Shown here: one piece after another, positions 10,456 through 19,723 of the stretch
Position numbering within the stretch: the first letter of the stretch is position 1
Layout of the letters: each line of letters starts with the position of its first letter
Assembly: GCA_037440005.1 (NCBI GenBank)
Contig: JBBIUY010000011.1
Span: 1-64,000 of the forward strand
Reading direction: 5' to 3'
DNA length: 64,000 nucleotides
Source: Armatimonadota bacterium
GTDB lineage: Bacteria > Sysuimicrobiota > Sysuimicrobiia > Sysuimicrobiales > Kaftiobacteriaceae
The notes under the pieces: model-generated
Seen by the model: only the letters and a program-made list of their open reading frames with translations
The model's database searches: none
What the model was told of the DNA's origin: nothing
Made by a program: the position numbers and the translations under genes

Positions 10456-11631
10456 CTACAGGGCTTCCACGGCCACCGCCACCGCTTCCCCTCCGGCCAG
10501 GCAGACGGCGGCCACGCCCCGGCGCGCGCCGTGACGGGGCATGGCGTGCAGGAGGGTGGTGAGGATGCGGGCGCCGCTGCACCCGATGGGATGCCCCAAA
10601 GCCACGGCTCCCCCGTGGACGTTCACACGGTCCAAGGACAGTCCCAGGTCGCGGCAGACGCCGATGACGACGGCGGCGAACGCCTCGTTGATCTCGAAGA
10701 GGTCGACGTCCTCCAGGCGCCAGCCCACCTTCCCGAGCAGGGCGCGGATGGCGCGGGCGGGGGCGATGGTGAACCACTCGGGGTCCAGGGCCGCCCCGGC
10801 TTGCCCCACCACCCGGGCCAGGGGCCGGGCGCCCATCCGCCTGGCGGCGTCCGCCGACGCCAGGACCACCGCGGCGGCCCCGTCGCTGATGCTGCTGGCG
10901 TTGGCCGCGGTGACCGTCCCCCCGTCCTCAAACGCCGGCCGGAGGGTGGGGATCCGGGCGAAGTCCACCCGCCGGGGTTCCTCGTCCTCGGCCACCTGAC
11001 GGGTGCCGCCGTCCGCGGGCGCCGGAACCGGGACGATCTCGGCGGCAAAAAGGCCGGCGTCCATGGCCTGCAGGGCCCGGGTGTAACTGCGGCGGGCATA
11101 GTCGTCCTGCTCGTCCCGAGTGATCCGGTACTCCCGGGCCAGCAGTTCGGCGCAGTTGCCCATGTGCAGACGGCGGTAGGCGTCCACCAGCCCGTCCTGC
11201 AGGATGGCGTCCACCACGGCGCCGTCGCCCAGGCGCAGCCCCGTCCGGGCGCGGGGCAGCAGGTAGGGGGCGGCGCTCATGTTCTCCATGCCGCCGGCCA
11301 CGACCACCTCCGCGTCGCCGGATGCGATGGCCTGGGCGCCGAGCATCACCGCCTTCAGGCCCGACCCGCACATCTTGTTCACGGTGGTCGCGGGCACCGA
11401 GGCGGGCAGGCCGGCGTACAGGGCCGCCTGCCGGGCCGGTGCCTGGCCCACGCCGGCTGTCAGCACGTGGCCCATCACCACCTCATCCACCCGGTCGGGC
11501 GCGACCTGGGCCCGCCGCACGGCCTCGGCGATGGCCACGGCGCCCAGGCGCGGAGCCGGGACCGCCGCCAGCCCCCCCAAAAACCGTCCGATGGGAGTCC
11601 GGACCGCGCTGAGGATCACCACATCGCCCAT
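10456..11631 (-). CDS. atoB: Acetyl-CoA C-acetyltransferase (canonical thiolase)
   Basis: NKMCGSG, NEAF, GHPIGCSG, CLAGG: all catalytic residues present. Confidence 0.92.
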   Translation of the reverse strand: MGDVVILSAVRTPIGRFLGGLAAVPAPRLGAVAIAEAVRRAQVAPDRVDEVVMGHVLTAGVGQAPARQAALYAGLPASVPATTVNKMCGSGLKAVMLGAQAIASGDAEVVVAGGMENMSAAPYLLPRARTGLRLGDGAVVDAILQDGLVDAYRRLHMGNCAELLAREYRITRDEQDDYARRSYTRALQAMDAGLFAAEIVPVPAPADGGTRQVAEDEEPRRVDFARIPTLRPAFEDGGTVTAANASSISDGAAAVVLASADAARRMGARPLARVVGQAGAALDPEWFTIAPARAIRALLGKVGWRLEDVDLFEINEAFAAVVIGVCRDLGLSLDRVNVHGGAVALGHPIGCSGARILTTLLHAMPRHGARRGVAAVCLAGGEAVAVAVEAL

Positions 11632-11763
11632 GGATGCGCCCCCGCCCGCGTCGTCACGTCCAGTCTACCCCCGTCCGCCGCGTCGGGGCAACGCGAGATC
11701 TTCCCCCGCCGCGGGCTCCTGTGCTAGACTCGCACCACCATTTCCTCCGACGTGGGGGGTCCG

Positions 11764-13077
11764 ATGCGCTCGCTCACCGTCGGCCCGCACGCCTACCCGG
11801 TCAACGCCCGCGGGCACCTGGAGATCGGCGGGGTGGACGCCCTGGATCTGGCCCGGCAGTTCGGCACGCCCCTGTACGTGCTGGACGAGGACCGCCTGCG
11901 GAACAACTGCCGCCGGTACCGGACGGCGCTGGCGCAGACCTACGGGGACGGCCGGGTGGTGTACGCCAGCAAGGCGTGTTGCATCCTCGCCACCTGCCAG
12001 ATCGCCACCCAGGAGGGGCTGGGGGTGGACGTGGCCTCCGGCGGCGAGCTGCACACCGCCCTGCGGGCCGGGGTGCCGCCTGCGGACCTGATCTTCCACG
12101 GCAGCAACAAGACGGCCCAGGAGGTGGCCGAGGGGCTGCGGGCGGGCGTGGGCCGCTTCGTGGTGGACAACGACCACGAACTGGACCTGCTGGACGACCT
12201 TACCACCCGCCTGGGCGTGACCGCCGACGTCCTGCTGCGGGTGACCCCGGGCGTCGAGCCGCACACCCACCGGTCCATCCGGACCGGGGGCGTGGACAGC
12301 AAGTTCGGGTTCCCCCTGGCCACCGGCCACGCCCGCCGGGCGGCCGCCCGGGTGCTGCAGAGCCCCCGGCTGCGACTGCGGGGCCTGCACGCCCACATCG
12401 GGTCCCAGATCGCGGACCTGGACCCGTTCCGCCAGGCGGCGGAGGCGGTGGTGGAGTTCGCCGCCACGCTGCGGGACGCGTGGGGCGTCGGCGTGGAGGA
12501 AGTCAACCTGGGCGGGGGGCTGGCCATCCGGTACCTGTCCACCGACACCCCGCCGACCATCGAGGCCTACGTGGCCGCCGTGGGGGAGGCGGTGGCCGCC
12601 GCCGCCGCCCGGTGCCGTCTGCCCCGGCCGCGGCTGTACCTGGAACCGGGGCGGTCCATCGTGGGGGATGCGGGGGTCACCCTCTACACCGTGGGAGCCG
12701 TCAAGACCATCCCGGGCGTGCGCACCTACGTTTCGGTGGACGGCGGGATGTACGAGAACCCCCGGCCGGCGCTGTACGGGGCCCGGTACGAGGCGGTGGT
12801 GGCGGACCGGCCGCTGGCGGCGCCCGAGCAGACGGTGGCCCTGGCCGGCCGGTGCTGCGAGTCGGGGGACGTGCTCATCTGGGAGGCCGCCCTGCCGCCG
12901 GTCCGCAGCGGGGACGTGGTGGCGATGTTCTCCACCGGCGCGTACACCTACTCCATGGCCAGCAACTACAACCGCTTCCCCCGCCCGGCGGTGGTCCTGG
13001 CCGGGGGCGGGCGGGCGCGGGTGGTGGTGGAGCGGGAGACCTACGACGACCTGATCCGCAAGGACGTTCCCCTCTGA
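11764..13077 (+). CDS. lysA: Diaminopimelate decarboxylase
   Basis: YASKA, HIGSQI, EPGRSIV, CESGD, GAYTYSMASNYN. Confidence 0.95.
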   Translation: MRSLTVGPHAYPVNARGHLEIGGVDALDLARQFGTPLYVLDEDRLRNNCRRYRTALAQTYGDGRVVYASKACCILATCQIATQEGLGVDVASGGELHTALRAGVPPADLIFHGSNKTAQEVAEGLRAGVGRFVVDNDHELDLLDDLTTRLGVTADVLLRVTPGVEPHTHRSIRTGGVDSKFGFPLATGHARRAAARVLQSPRLRLRGLHAHIGSQIADLDPFRQAAEAVVEFAATLRDAWGVGVEEVNLGGGLAIRYLSTDTPPTIEAYVAAVGEAVAAAAARCRLPRPRLYLEPGRSIVGDAGVTLYTVGAVKTIPGVRTYVSVDGGMYENPRPALYGARYEAVVADRPLAAPEQTVALAGRCCESGDVLIWEAALPPVRSGDVVAMFSTGAYTYSMASNYNRFPRPAVVLAGGGRARVVVERETYDDLIRKDVPL

Positions 13078-13147
13078 TCCGCGAACTCCCTGCGTGTGCG
13101 ACGGTGGGCAGGCGCGGTGAGTCCGCCGCCCCGGGAGGAGGTCGGAC

Positions 13148-13765
13148 GTGTGGGGTGATCCCGCATCCCTCCTGGTGGTGGCCGTGGCGCTGGTGGTGGC
13201 CGCCACGGTCCACGAGTACGCCCACGCCTACGTGGCCGACCGGCTGGGCGACCCGACCCCGCGCCGGCAGGGCCGGCTCACCCTCAACCCCCTCGCCCAC
13301 CTGGACCCGGTGGGGTCGGTCCTGATCCTGCTGATGGGGTTCGGGTGGGCCCGTCCGGTGCCCATCACCCCCGCCGTGTTCGCGCACCCCCGTCGGGACG
13401 CCATGCTGGTCGCCGCCGCCGGTCCGCTGGCCAACATCACGCTGCTGTTCGTCCTGGGCGCGCCGTTTAAGCTCGGCCTGCTGGATCCCGCCGCCGGGGA
13501 CCCCGCGCCGCTGGTGAGGCTGCTGGCGGTGTCCTTGCGGATCAACGCCATGCTGGCCACCTTCAACCTGCTGCCGGTGCCGCCCCTGGACGGATCCCGG
13601 ATTCTGGAAGGCCTGCTGCCGCCCGGCCCGGCCGCCGCCTACGCTCGGCTGCAGCCCTACGGGATGTGGATCCTGCTGGCCCTGGTCCTCACCCGCGCCC
13701 TGTCGGCGGTCCTGGTTCCTCCCATGCGCTGGCTGGTGGCCCAGGCCGCGGGGTCGGCGTTTTGA
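13148..13765 (+). CDS. Site-2 protease (M50) family protein
   Basis: HEYAH, AAGPLAN, FNLLPVPPLDG. Confidence 0.92.
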   Translation: MWGDPASLLVVAVALVVAATVHEYAHAYVADRLGDPTPRRQGRLTLNPLAHLDPVGSVLILLMGFGWARPVPITPAVFAHPRRDAMLVAAAGPLANITLLFVLGAPFKLGLLDPAAGDPAPLVRLLAVSLRINAMLATFNLLPVPPLDGSRILEGLLPPGPAAAYARLQPYGMWILLALVLTRALSAVLVPPMRWLVAQAAGSAF

Positions 13766-13787
13766 GCCCGGAGAGGAGGGAGCGGGG

Positions 13788-14507
13788 ATCCGGTACACGG
13801 TAAAGACGCCGCAGTTCGAGGGCCCGCTCGACCTGCTGCTCCACCTGGCCCAACAGGGGCAGGTGGACCTGCGGGAGGTGGAGGTGGGCCGGCTGGCCGA
13901 GGAGTACCTGGAGGCCTCCTCCTCCGGGGTCGACCTGGACGAGGCCACCGAGGTCCTGTGGACGCTGGCGGCCCTCATCGAGCTCAAGTCCCGGCTGCTG
14001 CTTCCCCGGCCGGCCCCGTCGGCGGAGGAGGAGGAGGCTGCGGCCGACGAGGAGCCCTCGGACCTGCAGGAGCGCCTGGAGGAGCACCTGCGGGAGTACC
14101 GGGCCTTCAAGGAGGTGGCCACGGCGCTGCGCGCTCTGGAGGAATACCAGGCGCGCGTCTTCGCCCGACCGCGGGCCGAGGACCCGTCGGCGGTCCTGCT
14201 GGAGGGCGTCACCCTCGACGACCTGTTCCGGGCCTTCCAGCAGGTCCTGCAGCGGGCGGCCCGGCAGGTGGGGGAGGTGGCCGGAGAGGAGGTGCGGGTG
14301 GCCGATCGGATGGAGGCCATCCTGGCGCTGGTGGACGCCCACCCCCAGGGAGTGGAGTTCGCCGCCCTGTTCGACGGGCCGGTGACGACCCTGGTGGTGA
14401 TCGTCACCTTCCTGGCCCTGCTGGAACTCATCCGCACCCGCCGGATCCGCGCCCGGCAGGACGAGCCCTTCGGTCCCATCCGGCTGTACCGCGCGCCCGA
14501 GCCATGA
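13788..14507 (+). CDS. scpA: Segregation and condensation protein A (probable ATC start)
   Basis: FEGPLDLLLHL lies upstream of the first GTG; AGGAGG 8 nt before in-frame ATC 13788; TFLALLEL C-terminus. Confidence 0.9.
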   Translation: MRYTVKTPQFEGPLDLLLHLAQQGQVDLREVEVGRLAEEYLEASSSGVDLDEATEVLWTLAALIELKSRLLLPRPAPSAEEEEAAADEEPSDLQERLEEHLREYRAFKEVATALRALEEYQARVFARPRAEDPSAVLLEGVTLDDLFRAFQQVLQRAARQVGEVAGEEVRVADRMEAILALVDAHPQGVEFAALFDGPVTTLVVIVTFLALLELIRTRRIRARQDEPFGPIRLYRAPEP

Positions 14508-15100
14508 CGCTGCCCGGCGGGCTGGCACCGCATCCCGACGACCTGGACCTGGACGAGCTCAAGCGGGCGGTGGAGTGCATCCTGCTGGTGAGCGGAGGGC
14601 CGGTCACCATAGAGCAGCTGGTCCAGGCCCTCCAGGCGCCTCCGCAGACGGTGCACGCGCTGCTGTGGGAGCTGCAGCAGGACTACCGGGGCCGCGGCCT
14701 GCAGGTGCAGGCCGTGGCGGGAGGGTTCCAGCTGTGCACCCGGCCGGAGCTGGCCGCCTACGTCCAGCGCTTTTTGGGCCTGGACCACCGGGAGCCGCTG
14801 TCCCAGGCGGCCCTGGAGACCCTGGCCATCGTCGCCTACCGCCAGCCCGTCACCCGCGCCGAGATCGAGGCGGTCCGGGGGGTGCGCTCGGACCACGTGC
14901 TGGAGCGGTTGCTCGAACGCCACCTGATCCGCGAGGTGGGTCGCAAGCAGGCCGTCGGGCGCCCCATCCTTTACGGGACGACCGAGGGATTTCTGCGCTA
15001 CTTCGGACTGCGCAGCCTGGACGATCTGCCGCCTCTGGGAGACGATGACCCGCGCACGGCGCTGGACGGGGTGTCCCCCGACCCGGACCAGCAGGGCTGA
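14504..15100 (+). CDS. scpB: Segregation and condensation protein B
   Basis: LSQAALETLAIVAYRQPVTRAEIEAVRGV, GRPILYGTT. Confidence 0.95.
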   Translation: MTLPGGLAPHPDDLDLDELKRAVECILLVSGGPVTIEQLVQALQAPPQTVHALLWELQQDYRGRGLQVQAVAGGFQLCTRPELAAYVQRFLGLDHREPLSQAALETLAIVAYRQPVTRAEIEAVRGVRSDHVLERLLERHLIREVGRKQAVGRPILYGTTEGFLRYFGLRSLDDLPPLGDDDPRTALDGVSPDPDQQG

Positions 15101-15911
15101 GGTCCGCCCGGTACTGGCCGGGGCGGCGGTGCTGCTGGCGGTGGCGGCCGCCGCCCCGGCGCCGGTCGTGGTGGAGGCGGCTGCGGCCGTGCTGGTGGAG
15201 GCGGACAGCGGGCGGGTCCTGTACGCGCACCATCCCGACCGCCGGTGGCCGCCGGCCAGCACCACCAAGATGCTGACCGCGCTGCTGGCCGCCGAGGCGC
15301 TGGCCGACGACGCCACCGTGGTCATCAGCCCCCGGGCCGAGGGGGAACGGGTGGGCGCCGTGCTGGGGGTGAGGGCGGGCGAGCGGTGGCGGGTCGGCGA
15401 CCTGCTGGCGGCTCTGCTGCTGATCTCGGCCAACGACGCCGCCGTCGCCCTGGCGGAAGGGGTGGACGGGTCGGTGGAGGCGTTCGTCGCGCGGATGAAC
15501 GCCCGGGCGCGGCAGTGGGGGCTGGCGCACTCGCGCTTTGTCACCCCCCACGGGTGGCCCCGGCCCGGTCACTACAGCACGGCCGCCGACCTGGCGGCGC
15601 TGGCGCGGCACCTGCTGCGCAACGAGCGCCTGGCGGCCCTGGTCCGATCCCGCACCCGGACCATCACGCGGCCCGGGGGAACGGTCCAGACCCTGGTCAA
15701 CACCAACCGGCTGCTGTGGCTGTACCCCGGAGCCGACGGCGTCAAGACGGGGTGGGTGGCCGACTCCGGCCCCTGCCTGGTGGGGTCGGCGCGCCAGGGA
15801 GAGCGCCGGCTGGTGGTGGTGCTGCTGAACGCGACGCCCCTGTACGAGCAGGCGGCGGCGCTGCTGGACTACGGGTTCGCCCGCTCGGGCGGTCCGGCGG
15901 GAGGACGATGA
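15045..15911 (+). CDS. D-alanyl-D-alanine carboxypeptidase (S11 family)
   Basis: Signal-like N-terminus, PASTTK (SxxK), SAN, KTG. Confidence 0.9.
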   Translation: MTRARRWTGCPPTRTSRAEVRPVLAGAAVLLAVAAAAPAPVVVEAAAAVLVEADSGRVLYAHHPDRRWPPASTTKMLTALLAAEALADDATVVISPRAEGERVGAVLGVRAGERWRVGDLLAALLLISANDAAVALAEGVDGSVEAFVARMNARARQWGLAHSRFVTPHGWPRPGHYSTAADLAALARHLLRNERLAALVRSRTRTITRPGGTVQTLVNTNRLLWLYPGADGVKTGWVADSGPCLVGSARQGERRLVVVLLNATPLYEQAAALLDYGFARSGGPAGGR

Positions 15912-16300
15912 AGCGCCTGTACCGGTCGCGCACCGACCGCTGGATCGCGGGCGTCTGCGGCGGCCTGGCCGCCTACCTGGACGTGGACGTCTCCGCGGTC
16001 CGGCTGGCGTTTGTGCTGCTGGCGTTCTGGAACGGCCTGGGGGTGGTGCTGTACCTCCTGCTGGTCCTGCTCGTTCCCGACGAACCGGTCCCGGAGGTGG
16101 TCACGGGGGTCGTCCCGCCGGCGGAGGACGAGCCCCAGCGGCGGGCGCGGACCCTGGGGGCCCTGCTGGTCCTGGCGGGCGCCTACCTGCTCGCCCAGCA
16201 GACCCCCCTGTTCGCCGTCCTGTTCCGCCAGAGCTGGGCGGGCGCGGTGCTGGTGGTCGGGGGCCTATTGGTCCTGCTGTTCTGGCCGCGGCGCCGCTAG
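15908..16300 (+). CDS. PspC domain membrane protein
   Basis: MKRLYRSRTDRWIAGVCGGLAAY. Confidence 0.88.
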   Translation: MKRLYRSRTDRWIAGVCGGLAAYLDVDVSAVRLAFVLLAFWNGLGVVLYLLLVLLVPDEPVPEVVTGVVPPAEDEPQRRARTLGALLVLAGAYLLAQQTPLFAVLFRQSWAGAVLVVGGLLVLLFWPRRR

Positions 16301-16419
16301 GGCGCGCCCCGCGCCCGGTGGTAGGAGGGCGTGCGGACCCCGGGGAACTTCTCCACCGTGCGGATGAGGCCCGCCCGCACCTCCACCGCCGGGACGTCGT
16401 CTCCCTCGATGCGCCGCAT
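16297..16419 (-). CDS. Possible 40-aa small protein or gene remnant
   Basis: ATG..TAG ORF (MRRIEGDDVPAVEVRAGLIRTVEKFPGVRT...) filling most of the pspC-cmk gap, convergent CTAG overlap with pspC. Confidence 0.3.
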   Translation of the reverse strand: MRRIEGDDVPAVEVRAGLIRTVEKFPGVRTPSYHRARGAP

Positions 16420-16473
16420 GGCCCCCCGGCCGGGTCAGGATTGCCGGGAGAACGTGGCCGGAGCCGGGGCGGG

Positions 16474-17154
16474 ATGAGCCTGCGGCGGAAGCCCATCGTG
16501 GCCATCGATGGGCCGGTGGGGGCGGGCAAGACCACCGTCGCCCGGGCGGTGGCCCGCGACCTGGGTTTTCGCCACGTGGACACCGGCGCCATGTACCGGT
16601 CGCTGGCGTGGGCGGCGCTGGACCGGGGAGTGGATCTCGCCGACGAGGCCGCGGTCACGGCCCTGGCCCGCTCGTTGCAGATCCACCTGGAGGACGCGCC
16701 CCTCGGCCAGCGGGTGCGGGTGGACGGCCGGGACGTCACCGACGCCATCCGCGACCCGGCGGTCAGCGAGGCGGCGTCGGTGGTGAGCACCTACCCCGGA
16801 GTCCGGGAGGCGATGGTGGCCCACCAGCGGCGCCTGGGAGCCGGCGGCGGGGTGGTGATGGAGGGCAGGGACATCGGGACGGTGGTCTTCCCCGACGCGG
16901 AGGTCAAGGTGTTCCTCACCGCCTCCCTGGAGGAGCGGGCCCGGCGGCGGTACCAGCAGCTGCGCAGCCGGGGGGTGGCGGTCAGCCTGGAGGACGTCCG
17001 CCGGGCCGAGGAGGACCGGGACCGGCGCGACCGCACCCGCAGCCATTCTCCCCTGCAGCCCGCCCCCGACGCCACCGTGGTGGACACCACCGGCGTCCCC
17101 GTGGAGGAGGTGGTGCGGACCGTCCTGGCCCTGTGCCGGCGGGCGATGCGATGA
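16474..17154 (+). CDS. cmk: Cytidylate kinase
   Basis: IAIDGP-like VAIDGPVGAGKTT, DTGAMYR, EGRDIGTVVFPDA. Confidence 0.95.
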   Translation: MSLRRKPIVAIDGPVGAGKTTVARAVARDLGFRHVDTGAMYRSLAWAALDRGVDLADEAAVTALARSLQIHLEDAPLGQRVRVDGRDVTDAIRDPAVSEAASVVSTYPGVREAMVAHQRRLGAGGGVVMEGRDIGTVVFPDAEVKVFLTASLEERARRRYQQLRSRGVAVSLEDVRRAEEDRDRRDRTRSHSPLQPAPDATVVDTTGVPVEEVVRTVLALCRRAMR

Positions 17155-17786
17155 GCACCCGGATCGTCTACCGGCTGTCGTGGATCGTCTTCGACCTCCT
17201 CTTCCGGATGCTGCGGATCCGGCGGCGGGTGGAAGGGCGGGAGCACGAGCCTGCCCCGCCCTACCTGATCGTGGCCAACCACGCCAGCGAGGCCGACATC
17301 CCCCTGGTGGGACTGTCGCTGCGCGCCCGGGTGTCGTTCATGGCCAAAGACGAGCTGCGGCGGCTGCCCCTGGTGGGGTGGTGGGTGCGCGGCAGCGGCA
17401 GCTTCTTCGTCCGGCGCGGGGCCCCCGACCGGGAGGCGGTGCGGGAGGCCCTGCGCATGCTCCGGCGCGGGTGGGCGGTGTGCCTGTTTGCCGAAGGTAC
17501 CCGCAGCCGGGACGGGCGGCTGGGCGCGTTTCAGGAGGGAGCCGCCTACGTGGCACTCAAGGCCGGCGTCCCCGTTCTGCCGGTGGGGATCGCCGGCAGC
17601 CACCGGGTGCGGGTCTCCGGGTGGCGCCTGCCCGGCGGGGCGGAGGTGGTGGTCCGGCTGGGGCCGCCGGTGCTGCCCCGGGTGACCGGGACCGCCAGCC
17701 GGGACGCGGTGGCCGAGTGGACGGCGCGGCTGCGGGACGCGGTGCGGGCGCTGCTGCCTCCGGACCAGCAGCCCGCCGACGCCTAG
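17151..17786 (+). CDS. plsC: 1-acyl-sn-glycerol-3-phosphate acyltransferase
   Basis: NHASEAD (NHxxxxD), FMAKDEL, FAEGTRS. Confidence 0.88.
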   Translation: MSTRIVYRLSWIVFDLLFRMLRIRRRVEGREHEPAPPYLIVANHASEADIPLVGLSLRARVSFMAKDELRRLPLVGWWVRGSGSFFVRRGAPDREAVREALRMLRRGWAVCLFAEGTRSRDGRLGAFQEGAAYVALKAGVPVLPVGIAGSHRVRVSGWRLPGGAEVVVRLGPPVLPRVTGTASRDAVAEWTARLRDAVRALLPPDQQPADA

Positions 17787-18727
17787 CCCGCAGCCGTCGG
17801 GCCGGGCGGCGCGGTGCCGGGGCGGTCGGGCACCAGGACCTCCAGGGCCTGCGGGACGATCCGGAACGTGGCCGGGACCGTCCCCACCACCTCCCCGTCG
17901 GCGTGGATGGCCAGAGGGGTGGAGCTGTCCACCCGCACGGTGCGGGCGGTGGTGTGGGCCACCTTCGGGTGCAGCAGGTGTCGTCCGGAGAACACCGAGG
18001 GCAGGACCCGCAGGGTTTCCAGGGGGGAGAGGTCGGTGGCGTACACCACGGCCAGCGCCCCGTCGTCGATGCGGGCGTGGGGGGCCATGTACATGCCGCC
18101 GCCGTACCAGTTGGTGTTGGCCGCCGCCAGCAGGAACAGGCGGACCCCGCGGGAGGAGCCGTCAATGGCCAGCGTGACGTCCACCGGACGGTAGGTCACC
18201 AGGGTGACCAGGATGCCCGTCACGTAGACGGCCGTCCCGCGGATCCACCGCGGCCACCGGTTGACCCGCCGCGCCACCTCGGCGTCGAATCCCACCCCGG
18301 AGATGGTGGCGTAGTACCGCCCGTTCACCTCGCCCACGTCCACCCGACGCCGGGTCATCCGCGCCATCTCCCGGGCCGCGGCCACCGGGGAGAGGGGGAC
18401 GCCCAGGCAGCGGGCGAAGTCGTTGGCGGTGCCCTCGGGAATCAGGGCCAGCGGCGGCGGAGCGTCGCCGCGCAGCAGGCCGTTGATCACCCAGTGGGTG
18501 GTGCCGTCGCCGCCCGCGGCCACCACCACGTCGCAGGCGCCTCCGGCCCGCCGGGCGAGCGCCTCCGCCTCCTGGGGCGAGCGGGTGATCACCTCGTCCA
18601 CCGCCCACCCGGTCTGCTCCAGCACCCGCCGCACCTGGGGCCAGGTGCGGCGGGCGCGGCCCCGGGCGGCGAAGGGGTTGATGAGGACCAGGGCCCGGCC
18701 GGTCCCCGCGCGCGGGCTGGGCGACAC
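17783..18727 (-). CDS. Diacylglycerol kinase family lipid kinase (YegS/BmrU)
   Basis: LINP, AGGDGT, GTANDF, GVGFDA, YGGG, DGE. Confidence 0.92.
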   Translation of the reverse strand: MSPSPRAGTGRALVLINPFAARGRARRTWPQVRRVLEQTGWAVDEVITRSPQEAEALARRAGGACDVVVAAGGDGTTHWVINGLLRGDAPPPLALIPEGTANDFARCLGVPLSPVAAAREMARMTRRRVDVGEVNGRYYATISGVGFDAEVARRVNRWPRWIRGTAVYVTGILVTLVTYRPVDVTLAIDGSSRGVRLFLLAAANTNWYGGGMYMAPHARIDDGALAVVYATDLSPLETLRVLPSVFSGRHLLHPKVAHTTARTVRVDSSTPLAIHADGEVVGTVPATFRIVPQALEVLVPDRPGTAPPGPTAAG

Positions 18728-18772
18728 GCATGGCGTATACGGCGGCGGCGCGTCCTCCTCCTGTGTTCCGCG

Positions 18773-18800
18773 TTGACACCCCCCCGGCCCGGTGTATGCT
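18773..18800 (+). promoter_or_regulatory. Sigma70-type promoter of ispH (probably leaderless)
   Basis: TTGACA-N16-TATGCT, ATG 7 nt downstream. Confidence 0.7.
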
Positions 18801-18807
18801 AGGGGCG

Positions 18808-19668
18808 ATGGAGATCGTGGTGGCCAAGCACATGGGCTTCTGCGGCGGAGTCCGCCGGGCGGTGGAGATGGCCCGGGCGACGGCCGCCGCCGGAGGTCCG
18901 GCGGTCACCTGGGGGCCCCTCATCCACAACCCCCAGGTGGTCTCCCGCTTGGAGCAGGACGGCGTGCGGGTGGCCACCGACTTCGACCAGCTGTCCGGCG
19001 AGTCGTTCGTGGTCTCGGCCTACGGGGTGGAACAGGCCGTCCTCGCCGCGGCCCGGGCGCGGGGGATGCGCATCGTGGACGCCACCTGCCCCGTGGTGAT
19101 CCGGGCCCATTCGCTGGCCCTGCGGCTGGTGGAGGAAGGCTACCAGCTCATCGTGGTGGGAGACCACGGACACCCGGAGATGGTGACCCTCAAGGAGGCG
19201 CTGGGCGACCGGGTGACCGTCGTGCACACCCGGGAGGAAGCCGCCCGGGTGCCGGTACGGGGCAAGGTGGCGGTGATGTCCCAGACCACCCAGGCCCGGG
19301 AGAACTTCCGCCAGATCGTGGGAGACCTGAGCCTGCGCGCCCGGGAGCTGCGGGTGGTCAACACCCTCTGCCCGGCCATCACCGTCCGCCAGGAGGAAGC
19401 CGAGCGGCTGGTGGACGAGGTGGACGTCCTGGTGGTGGTGGGCGGCCGCCACAGCGCCAACACCACCCGCCTGTGGGAGATCGGCCGGGCCCGCGGGCGG
19501 CCCACCTACCACATCGAGGTGGCCGACGAGCTCCGGCCCGACTGGTTTTGCGGCGCCCGGCGCGTCGGGGTGATGTCGGGAGCCAGCACGCCCGACTGGA
19601 TCATCGCCGAGGTGCTGGCGCGGCTGGAGGAGATCGCCGCCCGCCTGCCCGCACCGGCGGCCCCCTAG
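18808..19668 (+). CDS. ispH: 4-hydroxy-3-methylbut-2-enyl diphosphate reductase
   Basis: GFCGGVRRA, IHN, DATCP, HPE, QTT, NTLC, SANT, GASTP. Confidence 0.95.
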   Translation: MEIVVAKHMGFCGGVRRAVEMARATAAAGGPAVTWGPLIHNPQVVSRLEQDGVRVATDFDQLSGESFVVSAYGVEQAVLAAARARGMRIVDATCPVVIRAHSLALRLVEEGYQLIVVGDHGHPEMVTLKEALGDRVTVVHTREEAARVPVRGKVAVMSQTTQARENFRQIVGDLSLRARELRVVNTLCPAITVRQEEAERLVDEVDVLVVVGGRHSANTTRLWEIGRARGRPTYHIEVADELRPDWFCGARRVGVMSGASTPDWIIAEVLARLEEIAARLPAPAAP

Positions 19669-19723
19669 GCGCCCGCGCGGGGGACGGCCGGGCGGGCGCG
19701 ACCGCCAGCCTCCTGCAGGACCG

